The notes beneath the pieces were generated by a model. It saw nothing but the letters and a program-made list of their open reading frames with translations. It was not told where the DNA came from and did no database searches. Positions 53,924 to 64,000 of a stretch of 64,000 nucleotides of DNA are shown in pieces; position 1 is the first letter of the stretch, and each line of letters starts with the position of its first letter. The DNA lies in NCBI GenBank assembly GCA_965287045.1, contig OZ336885.1, positions 65,224,001 through 65,288,000 of the forward strand. The letters run 5' to 3'. Both the position numbers and the translations under genes were made by a program. This DNA is from Carcharhinus amblyrhynchos (taxonomy: Eukaryota).

Positions 53924-55344
53924 CTAAATTTGGTGTTCAAAACAGGACTTTTTTAAGCATCAAAGTTCGTGCCGAGCAAAGATTCAACTCAACACCCGTC
54001 CTTATAAGTGAGACTTCTTTTTTCACAACTGAGATAGTAAATCGAACTCGATAGGATTTGAAATATAACAAATCATGCAAGTATCACCAAACGAGCTTAA
54101 ACAAATACTTGAACTGGAACATGTCACAACCAAATATTAACAATCACAAAATATAACTTAATATTGTTGAGCATGTTATTTTAGGTGCTGTCACGTGTAT
54201 TTGTATCTATATTGTACCATAAAGGGAGTGTACTAAACTTCTGAATATCAAGACGAATAATATCTGCGCTTTTCCGTCATAAAGAATTGTAGCGTTAAAA
54301 AAAAGTGTCGCAACTTCGTTTTCAGATAATTGTGCATTCAGGACAGGTTAAAAAAAAACATTTGTTCAGCTTCTGAGCAGAACTTTGTTGTTAATCATGA
54401 TTGTCCGCAGAAATAAAGTGGCTCCAGACTCCAGCATCACGAGGTTATCAAAGTTACGTTAGAAATGCATGTTGAACAAAAGTTCAAACATCATTATTCG
54501 ATGCATGAGACTGTTGTGATTAAAATGAATGTTGGTTATTTATTATGCTGTTCAATGTGTGTATTTTCGTCAGACAGTTTCGTTGAAATTCGTCATATAT
54601 TCTGTCAGTGATACTTTTTTTATGTTCACGACAACAAGATGCTTGTTGTCCTGAGCTGCTGATCTTTTGAATATTACTGCAACTGTGATGGTTGTCAATG
54701 CAGAAAACACAAATTGAATGTCTATGGATGTAACATGTATTGTATTTTAACTCATTTCATTTTGAAGGATTAACCTGAATCTGGAAACGTCGAAAATTAA
54801 CCAAAGCATAAAAGAAAAAAAAGTCTTACCGCTGATAATATATCAATAGGTTTTCAACTAAATTCGTCTCAACATTCGTTACTTGTGTGCAGGCAAAGTA
54901 ATTAAAAGTGACATACTCATGATCGTCGGAAGTATTTTGTTCCCTGCAATGGCGTGTGGGGTTCCTTGAGATGTTGCCGATGCCAGACACTAAAAATTAC
55001 TTCTTGGTCAATTGACTAGAAACTCTTTTTGTGATTACTCATTTGTTGTTGTGATTTCGGAAGTGATTTTCTGGCCAAAGCACTCTGCTCACTCTGCTGA
55101 CGGAGCCCCGTCATTTTTTTTTCTGTTTTAATGTGGGAACTCCGTGTAATGAATAGCAGCTGCAGTGCTGGGTACTTGGAAACAAACTACATTACAATTA
55201 AAATAAATATCATTCGCAAATGAAACCGGAGACTGCAATGGCACTGTTTGATTTTCAATGGCAAATGACATGCGATGCTCGCAGTTACCCCTGTCAGGGT
55301 TACTTCCATATCGTCTAATTTTTGAGCAACTTCTTTTCAAACTG

Positions 55345-55870
55345 ACATGAGAGAATAGAAAAGTTACAGCACAAAATGAGGCTATTCGTTTCCATGCGAG
55401 TCCAAAAGCAATTCTATCTCATGCCGCACAGCTGCGTATCATAGACCAGTAATTTAAAATTATCATGGTGGAGTTAGAGTTATTTTTTGAAATGCTTAAC
55501 GCCGCTGCCTCGACCACCAACTATGACCGTGAATTTCCGAAACCAACGACCATTTCCATCAGAAAGCTTTATCTTGTGCCGCAGCTTAATGCGACTTGTC
55601 TTGACTGCATGCCTTCCCATTCTAGATTCTCCAGCAAGTGAAGCACATGTATCCTGAAAAGTCGATCACTTCCCACTCCACCCCCCGCCCCCCAGCCTCA
55701 TAATACGCACACTTCCAGAACGTCACAACTCAGCTATATTTGTTCCAAGGAAAATAATCCAATGTGAATCCCACCCCTTCTCATACTTGTACTGTTCTCG
55801 CTCTGACAAGATTATTGGAAGCATTCGCAGCGCGCATTCCAGGTCATTAATGTCCATGTTCTTACTAAGT
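55345..55870 (-). mobile_element. Decayed CR1 3' fragment
   Basis: atagaaaagttacagcaca...gaggctattcg tail; ccaaggaaaataatcc motif. Confidence 0.55.
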
Positions 55871-55899
55871 GGCCAGGCTGCTCATTCTTTACGCCGAGT

Positions 55900-56100
55900 G
55901 GATGACACAGTGCCACAGTGACCTGCACTACCGCCTCAACACATGAGGGCCATGGGCTCGATTCCCAACTCGCCTCAATGTCTGTGCGTGTGTTTTACGC
56001 TCACCCCGTGACTGTTTGGGTTCCCTTCAGATGCTCGGCTTTCTATCATATTCGAGAATCGTTCTGGTCGGGTTTATTGCCAATGCGACTATGTCCCTCG
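55900..56100 (+). mobile_element. V-SINE/HE1-type SINE, decayed
   Basis: gggctcgattcc B-box; tgtctgtgcgtgtgtttt..ctcaccccgtgactg..tgggttcc core. Confidence 0.7.
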
Positions 56101-56419
56101 TTGTGTCCAAACAGATGCTGGAGTGTGATGAATAGGAGTTATTTACAGAACGTTCATTGCAGTGCCAGCATACGCGGAAGTGTGACACCAAGAAATGCAT
56201 TTCATTCGTCAACTCAGGCCACTTGCAGCACAACATCTGTACTTACTACTTTGTGCCGCTGACAATGAAGGAAAACGTTTCATGCACCTTCTTTAGAACG
56301 TTGCCACTTTGAAGTACGGCTCTTAGGAGCCTGTGGTTTTTTTTTTCATGTCAGTGAATCTCGTTTTGTCGAGCCGTTTAATACGTTCCCATTGATTGGG
56401 TATTCCTTTTTTTTCTCGT

Positions 56420-56757
56420 AAGTCATAGAAACCCTACAGCGCAGGAGGAGGCTATTCGGCACATCGAGTCTGCACCGACAATCCCATCCAGGATCTATCC
56501 CTGTAACCCCACCGATTTACTCTATTAATACTGCTAATCTACGCATCCCGGAACACTAAGGTGCAATTCAGCATGGCCAATGCACCTATCCCGCCCATGT
56601 TCAGACTGTGGGAGGAAACCGGAGCACCTGGAAGAAATCCACACAGGCACGCAGAGAACGTACAGACTCTGCACAGACAGTGACACAAATTGGGAATTGA
56701 ACCCGTTCCCTGGAGCTGTAAGACAACAGTGCTAACCATTGTACCAATGAGCCGCCC
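56420..56757 (-). mobile_element. Near full-length HE1-type SINE (tRNA head, V-domain-like core, CR1/HER1-like tail)
   Basis: On the minus strand: A-box TGGTACAATGG, B-box GGTTCAATTCC, 3' tail shared with CR1 copies. Confidence 0.9.
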
Positions 56758-56769
56758 ATTTAGATTTCA

Positions 56770-58380
56770 CGAAATGAATTACCTCAAACTTCTCTGTAAT
56801 ATCTATCAACCATTTTACTACTCACTCCAGCAATCCATGGCTATTTACTTTTGCACACAAGCGGTATTCTATCCACCACTCGACCAAACATCATGATGTC
56901 TGCATATTTTTCCAATTGTGCCACGTAACACCTCGCCTTCCCCCATCATCCCCAATCCCCACGTTCAACGTCTATGTCAAAACTGCTAATTCTTAGCATT
57001 AACATCAAGTGTCCCAACGCTGAACCTTTGAAAAACCACTTGAAGCAAATTGCAATTCGGAATGTCATCAATGGTCACTGTGTTTCCTGTTCATGAGTCA
57101 CGTTTTAACCCAATATGCTGCATTACCCTTTATCACACGGTCTCCTGTTTTTTATTTGACCTGTCTGCCATGTGGGACATTGGCTAACGTACTGATGTAA
57201 TGCATGTTCTCAACATCCACTGCGCTGTCTTCAAACTTCTTTGTCACTTTCTCAAGTAATTCATTCGACATTGTGAGACAAAACATCCCTTTGCCAAATC
57301 CATGCTGACCATCTCTGACATGCCCATGTTTGTCAATATTACAGTTAATCCTATCACTCAGGATAGACTCCACTAATTTGGACTGCACCAATATAATGTC
57401 TATGTTCTATGTTTTTTTGTCATTTCATTTGATCCCTTTTGAGCAATATACATATTTCTGCAATTATTGAAACCTATGGTCCTGCCCTGTGGCTAGTCAG
57501 GACAGGGAAATGGTCACTTGAACATACGTTATCCCCTCACTGACCTCAGCAAACTCGTAAACAATCCATTTTTCCCTGGTGACTATCAACGTTAGGAATT
57601 CCAACCTTTCAAGGATGTGCTGTCTACTTACGATTACCTCATCGAATATTTCACAATTTTCCTACTGGACGACTGAATCTGCTTAATCCATTTCCACTCC
57701 AAGCATGGGAACAAAATATTAATTTCGAACCCTTCCTACAGCTAATACGCTTACAAATGGCAGGTTCCACTTCTTCATAAACTAGGATTTTGATTCTAAT
57801 TTATTGGCCAAACATGTTTCAGTCATCATTAAATTCAATGTTTTTGTTTATTATGTTGTTGTGCGCTCTTGATCTCCTTGTTTCTAATATTTTATTTTGT
57901 ACCTGCGTGTTTTTTTTTACGCATCGAGGGTTTCTGCAGCTCGTAGTCCTTGATTCGTATCGTACACTACATTTTATTTATTTTGTTTTGTCTTCCGTTG
58001 CGTTCTTCCAGACAACTAGGGTGTTTGAATTACTAGTAATACACTTGTTCTTGGAGGCCGTATAATTCTGCATATAGATTCTCTAATTTTAGCGCTTCCC
58101 ACTGGAGATCCCCTGATTTATCCACTGCCTCGTTGTCCGGTGCAGTTCTGCCAAGCGCTTTCCCTTTCGTGAAAAAAAAAAGCCTTGCCACTTCAGGCCA
58201 TTTCTTACTGCGCGATATCTGCCCATTTCCTTGGTAATGTTAAAATCTGAATTGAAATCAGTACTCACGATATCATCCGCTCGCCCTTTTTCATTGCACA
58301 AGACAAGGTCTAGAATTGCATCTCCGATTGTTAAGGTTGTCGATTGCCGGCTCAAAAAAAATGTACAATTTCACTGAACT
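56770..58380 (-). mobile_element. Decayed CR1 remnant (RT and endonuclease regions)
   Basis: ORF 57152-57391 (QHGFGKGMFCLT...VPHGR); ORF 58089-58355 (DAILDLVLCNE). Confidence 0.85.
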
Positions 58381-60165
58381 GTTACCCCTCAGTGTCACTG
58401 ATGATGTTTGAATTTTCGTTTTCATTGTTATAGTATTAATTCAAAGTCAGAAATGTGCATATGTATTTAAACACCTGTCTTCCTTTCATTGCATGGTACT
58501 CTGTTGCAATCTCACAGCCGTGTCGTTGTCCTTTTATTTTCATTTCAAATCCCTACCAAGTTATTCGACCCATTCAGTGAATCATCCCGTCTCACAAATG
58601 GAAGTGAAAACTTGCTAATGAGGCCACTCCTCGTCTTTTCATTTATCCCCCAAACGTTTGTTTCTGAAGGCGGGACAACCAGGGATATTGCCCTTCCAAA
58701 ATGCCTCGCCATTAGCTCGGTTTATACTATAGAAATTGTTTTCAGCTTTAGCGTTGGTTTTCTGTTACAGCTTTGACAAAACAAATTAAATTTACAATGG
58801 TATTTTGCATTTTTAAAGCAATGTGTTAATATGGGTTCGTTGAATTTGACGCAGAGATTACGCCCCATATCATTTTGATTTACTTGAATTTCGATATGGT
58901 GTCAGGTATTATTTTTACCCAGAACTAGAGGCTTATATCAATTGCGTAGTGCTGCTATTAGTTATGGAAGCAACTTGCTTCAGCTTTGCCTATTGATGTT
59001 TCGCTTCCAACCGTGTTACAGCATTGCACGTTTATCAAAATATTCATCTTCACCAGCTCTTCCATGCTAATCTTTTCGCCTCATCTGAATTCCCTCGATC
59101 GCTGCATTCATCCAAAAAAAAACTTATTGAAAACATGACCTGTTTCTTGCAAGCCTCATGAACACATTACGTTTTATTAGTAGATGGCCATTTTGGACAG
59201 TTCTCCCTGGCCAGGAATATTAAGGAGCAACATCTTCGCCCATAATACGTAATGTTAGTGCTATATTAGAACTCCTTGCAAATGTACTTTTTTTGTTGTT
59301 TTCATTTCCCGTCATTGCCATTCTGTTGATCATTGTGGACACTGAGTCAGGTATAACTGGTACCAAAAGCTGTACCCAAAAATCTGACGTTTTGAAGTCA
59401 TTTGAGTCTACTGTGAATGATGGGTTAGTGATGGACACAATAAATATTTTGAAGAATTATCTCAGCAGGTCCACCAGCATCTACTGAGAGTCCGATAGTT
59501 TTAAACTACATACGTAATGCTCACTTAAAATTTCAGGGAAAGGTTCCAAATGCACAAAACAAAACACAACGTTATAAATCCTCACCATGGAATCAATGCC
59601 CATAGATGGAAAAAAAATGATTAAAACAATCACTTTATAATGAACTTCAATGTTCTGCATTTCATGGTTAAAACCAAGCGTGCAGCTCGTTTATAACAAT
59701 GATTCATGGTATTGATTGATGTGTCATTCCAAAGAGAAATGATCGCCTGTATTCTGATGGTCACGGCTTCAAAATCGATTTCAATTTATTTCAATTTGTT
59801 TTTCTCTTTGTCTTTCCCAAAGCAGAGCCCTGGTTTTGCATGGCATGTGTTGACTTAACATAAAATGTCTCTGCCATTATAAATTTACATGTCAACAGAC
59901 GAATAACAGCGAACTCTTCACGTTCAACTTCGAGGGTTACTAAAAATCTGTATGAGGTAAAGGAAAAGATCCCGATTCATGACATAAAGATGATAATAAC
60001 TGGAATATTAATATTTTTTCTCGTAAGAGTCGCATCGACAGGCGATGTTGCTCGCTCTCTATATAAGAAAACAATCACATTACTTTAATAATGGCATGCA
60101 GAAATTGCGAAATCATCAAATTGTTCGATGTAGTGCTAACGTGTACAGAAGTCTTTGATCCTGCA

Positions 60166-60490
60166 CCCGCCATTTGGCCGTTTGGCTAAGATCAAGTGTA
60201 GTATTGACATACTGCACTTGGTTGAAGTCAGTAGTTTACATTTCAGCTTCACTTGAAGCAATGTTTAAAGTGGCATCTCGGCCTTTTGGCTTCGATGCAA
60301 ACAAGATCAAGCCTTAGAAGAGGAATTATACTTACTCCAATCAGCTTGGATCATGTGGATCAAGCCCAAAATAGCGAGTGAGAACCCTGTCTTGTCAGCT
60401 TGGATCGGGAATGTCTCAACTTGTTGGGACTCTGAATTAGATTTAATTTGACTTGATTGGATTGGAATAAGGTTTTAAAAAAAGTAAAAA
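60166..60490 (+). other. U2 snRNA-headed composite element (U2 nt ~1-39, a second split U2 5' copy, A-rich tail)
   Basis: 60181-60204 tttggctaagatcaagtgtagtat is identical to U2 nt 16-39; tctcggccttttggct at ~60276-60291 plus aagatcaag at ~60303. The rest of U2 (Sm site) is absent. Confidence 0.75.
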
Positions 60491-61140
60491 AGAAACTAAC
60501 GTATGCACTTTTGGGTAAGGGATATTAAGCCACCATGATGAATTGTCGGGAACCTCTGAAAGGTATTTCTCTAACTTGCTTGCGAGCTACAACATTGTCT
60601 GTTTTGATTTATGAAGCTCCCATTTTATATCGAGACTGAATTAATTTAATCGTGCATTCAGATACACATATTTACGTGTAAACAAGAAAATGTGATCTAT
60701 TATCAGGGACTTTTTATTTCCTGAGGTTTTTGAACAAATGATCTTCACCAAACATATTTACGATTGTTGAAATACATTTTCTTATGTTGATGTTGATGAA
60801 TCATCATTGCACAAATGAAAGTGGTTAATTAGTTTGCTGGGCTTTGAGGGCATTGCATCACACAAACTGAGCAAAACTAGGGAACTACATCTGGCAGTTT
60901 GAATCTGTCATGGCTCTGTGATAGACATGTCTACATACTTCCGAAGCATTGCATTATTCCATAGGCTGACACAATTATAGGTCACAGGTACCAATCCAAA
61001 CTTAATTTGAGTATCTATTCGATACTTCCTACATAGCGCGTTCAGGAAATAATTCAATAAAATAATTATCCCTGGGGTGATCAGAAAAAAGTAAAATCCT
61101 CACACTTTCGTAATCTTTCTTCGGATTACCTTGCACCAGT

Positions 61141-61455
61141 TCAATTTAGTCTGTCGAGCACCGCCTCTCTAGTAACAAGAATGTCATTCACGCCCTCCAC
61201 TCCTACGATCTTTCCATCGCGAACACCCGGCAAATTATTCACGTCCTCCTCCGTGAAGACGGAAACAAAAAAGTTATTCAGGGCCTCAGCCATTTCCCCA
61301 TCCCCTACCACTAAGTCCCCCCTCTCATCCTCTAAGGGTCCAACGTTCACCCTAGCCAGCCTGTTCCTTTGTATGTATTTATAAAAACTCTTGCTATCCT
61401 TTTTTTATATTAAGCGCTAGCCCAGCTTCATAGTTTATCCTGTCCTTCTTTATCA
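61141..61455 (-). mobile_element. Internal CR1 ORF2 fragment
   Basis: ORF 61141-61350 (EMAEALNNFFVSVFTEED). Confidence 0.9.
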
Positions 61456-61459
61456 AATC

Positions 61460-62605
61460 GAGCCTTTACCTCACCTCCACTTCATCAGTCGTATTTATTG
61501 GCCACTACTGAGTTTTCAACGCCGTTATTCTTTGAAAAAAAGAGCCCTTCGAACTCTGTGGCCTGGGCCAGTGCTCCTCCCTCTGTGATTGCATCCTGAA
61601 CTTGCTAACTCACAGAGCCCAGTCAGTAAGGTTAGGCAACATCATCTGCTCCGCGATCATCCGCAATACCGGTGCCACAAAAGTCTGTGTTACCAGTCCC
61701 CTTCTATACGCCTTACTGCTATGACAATCTGTCATTTTCCCCTCCGACTCGATTTTCAAGTTTGCTGCTCACACCGCCATAGAAGGTTGGATATCAAACA
61801 ATGACGCGAAAGAGTACAAAAATTAGATATACATTCTGGCGAACTGCTGCAGGGACAATAATTTGTCCCTCAGTATCAACACAACAAATGACACTTTCAT
61901 CGATTTCTGTAAGCATAGAGAAGAAAATGTCCCTGATTCCATCAACGGGGGGTGAAGTGGAAAGGGTCGAGAGCTTCAAATTTTAGGTATTCACATCACA
62001 ACCGACATGTTCTGTTTCCCCGAAGCCAACGCTGTAGTTTAAAATCGCACCAACGTCTCCACTTTCTCAGAAAACTAAGGAAAGTTGGAATGTCAGCTAC
62101 GACTCTCACCAACGTTAACGGATGCATCGTAGACATCATTTTTTTTTCTGGCTGTATCAATGCCTGGTATGGATCATGTTCAAGGCCGCAAGAATCTACA
62201 AAATGTCATGGATGTAGCCCAATCAAATACACACATTGATCTCCCATCCATTGATTCAGTCTACATTTCTTACTCCCTCAGAAAAGCAGGGAGAATGCTT
62301 AAGGACAGAACACAGCCCAGAAATTCTCTCTTCCACCTTCTTCTGTTGGCAAAAAAAGGATACAAAAGTCTGAGGTCACGGAGCAACTGATTCAACAACT
62401 GCTTCGTTCGTGCAGCCATCAGACTTTTGAATAGACCTACCTTATATTAAGTTGAGCTTTCGCTACACCCGAGCTATGACTGTAACATTACATTCCGCAC
62501 TCTTTCTTTTCTTACTCTATGAACGGAATGAAATCTACATAGTGCGCAAGAAACAATACTTTTCACGATTTCTTAATACATTTGACAACAGTAAATCAAA
62601 TCAAG
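61460..62605 (+). mobile_element. Rex1/Babar-clade LINE, RT C-terminus plus 3' tail
   Basis: EVERVESFKFLG; QRLHFLRKLRK...GCINAWYG; LPSIDSVY...RKAG...LFHLL...YKSLR; tail aaatcaaatcaa. Confidence 0.9.
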
Positions 62606-62829
62606 GCATCAGTATTAAATTCCTCGCTTCCCATATATGCAAGAGAAATGTCTTTATCCCTTGCATGGAGATGCGAAATACTCACTTACCACGTCAGCGA
62701 TTGCTTCTGACTCTACGTGCACACATACTTTAACCCCTAACCTCTCCCCCTCATATCATTAACCACAATGTTGTTTTATTTCAGTGCAAAAAATATACAT
62801 TGTTGCAACATTTTGTTAAGCTGCCAGGT

Positions 62830-63350
62830 ACGATCGAAGAAGGTTCATCATCGATGCCAAACGACAGCTTCGGACCAAGCTAGAGTCCCAGGCGCGCCAC
62901 ACGGACCCCCACAAATTATTGAGAAGTCTAAAGGATGTACCATGTAAGATGAAAACATGGATAATCGCGGTCTTCAAAACAACTTCAAAGTATTTTTTTT
63001 CGAACTAGGCCAATGTATTTGAAACCCATTTCAAGCAATGGACCAGCGAGAGCACGTCCAAGACCGCAATAAGTAACAAAATGCCTTGAATGTAACCCAA
63101 TCCATCACGCAACACACTCTCCCATTCGTTTACTCTGTATGTATTTCCCGCTGTCTCGGCAAAATAGCCAACATATTTAAGGGCTCCACGCATCCCGGAC
63201 ATGTTATCTTTCACCTTCTGCTTTCGGGAAAAGAGAGATACAAAAGTCTGAGTCCAGGGACCAGTTGACTCAAGAAAGCCTTTTTTCCTGCTGTCATTAG
63301 ACATTCGAACGTGCCTACTTTGCATTAACTTGATGTTTCGCTGCCTCATA
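62830..63350 (+). mobile_element. Second, internally deleted Rex1/Babar fragment
   Basis: ORF 63086-63268 (SRCLGKIANIFKGSTHPGHVIFHLLLSGKERYKSL). Confidence 0.8.
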
Positions 63351-63364
63351 GAAATGAATGAAAG

Positions 63365-64000
63365 ATTATAAGAACATAAGAACATAAGAAATAGGAGCAG
63401 GAGTAGGCCATCTAGCCCTTCGAGCCTGCCCCGCCATTCAATAAGATCATGGCTGATCTGTCGTGGCTCAGTTCCACTTTCCCGCCCTCTCCCCATAACC
63501 CTTAATCCCCTCTCTTATCAAGAACCCATCAACCCGCTTCTTAAAAATATTTAGCGAGGCAGCCTCCACCACTTCAACGGGCAGAGAATTCCAGAGATTC
63601 ACCACCCTTTGAGTGAAGAAGTTCCTCCTCAACTCCGTTCTAAACCGCCTCCCCTTTATCTTGAGGCTGTGCCCCCTAGTCCTACTGTCTTTTTTGAGCG
63701 GGAAGACTCTCTCCACCTCTATCCTATCCATCCCATTCATCATCTTATACGTCTCAATGAGATCACCCCTCATTCTTCTAAACTCTAACGAGTACAAGCC
63801 TAGTTTATTCAGCGTCTCCTCATAGCTCAATCCCCTCAACTCCGGTATCAGCCTAGTAAACCTCCTCTGCACTCCCTCCAGGGCCAAAATATCCTTGCGC
63901 AGGTGCGGCGCCCAAAACTGCACACAGTACTCCAGCTGCGGCCTCACCAATGCCCTATACAGCTGCAGCAAGACCTCCCTACTTTTATATTCAATATCTA
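63365..64000 (-). mobile_element. Young CR1/HER1-type LINE 3' end, continues beyond the window
   Basis: Intact ORF 63468-63971 (LYRALVRPQLEYCVQFWAP...RRNFFTQRVVNLWNSLP); (ataagaac)n tail. Confidence 0.95.

Noticed and set aside
56660-56757. tRNA gene
   Set aside because: The A and B boxes belong to a SINE head continuous with the SINE core and LINE-like tail.
60166-60204. Functional U2 snRNA gene
   Set aside because: Only the first ~39 nt match; no Sm site or 3' stem-loops.
1-64000. Prokaryotic features (operons, CRISPR arrays, defence systems)
   Set aside because: No gene-dense ORFs or regularly spaced repeat-spacer arrays; the content is vertebrate retroelements.
1-64000. Ig-domain or B30.2/SPRY exon to confirm butyrophilin identity
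   Set aside because: None recognised in the ORF track or by eye, so no gene symbol is assigned.

Overview
Repeat-dominated eukaryotic genomic DNA. The repeat families point to a cartilaginous fish (shark or ray): CR1/HER1-type LINEs, HE1/V-SINE-type tRNA SINEs, two Penelope-like element (PLE) families and Rex1/Babar LINEs. No long ORF in the track is a host gene; the recognisable ones are decayed reverse transcriptase, endonuclease or GIY-YIG fragments. The main hidden signal is a minus-strand series of frame-preserving microexons that the ORF track cannot show. Six strong and three weaker exons of exactly 21 nt lie between 40.8 and 12.8 kb and read as coiled-coil-like heptads in phase 1 (DLKKCKG, DLRQMEL, EKILYQT, ETNKCNK, AKASLEA, DLKKRDA). 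They follow a candidate 204-nt transmembrane exon at about 46 kb, which itself follows 18-36 nt symmetric exons. This resembles butyrophilin/MOG/chicken BG architecture, or a type II coiled-coil membrane protein, but no Ig or B30.2 exon was found in the window. Other notable items: a composite element headed by the first ~39 nt of U2 snRNA, hammerhead-ribozyme-like cores in PLE termini, nested insertions with readable target-site duplications, a ~1.05 kb TIR element, and a strong orientation bias of CR1 and SINE copies. All calls are by eye and repeat boundaries are approximate.
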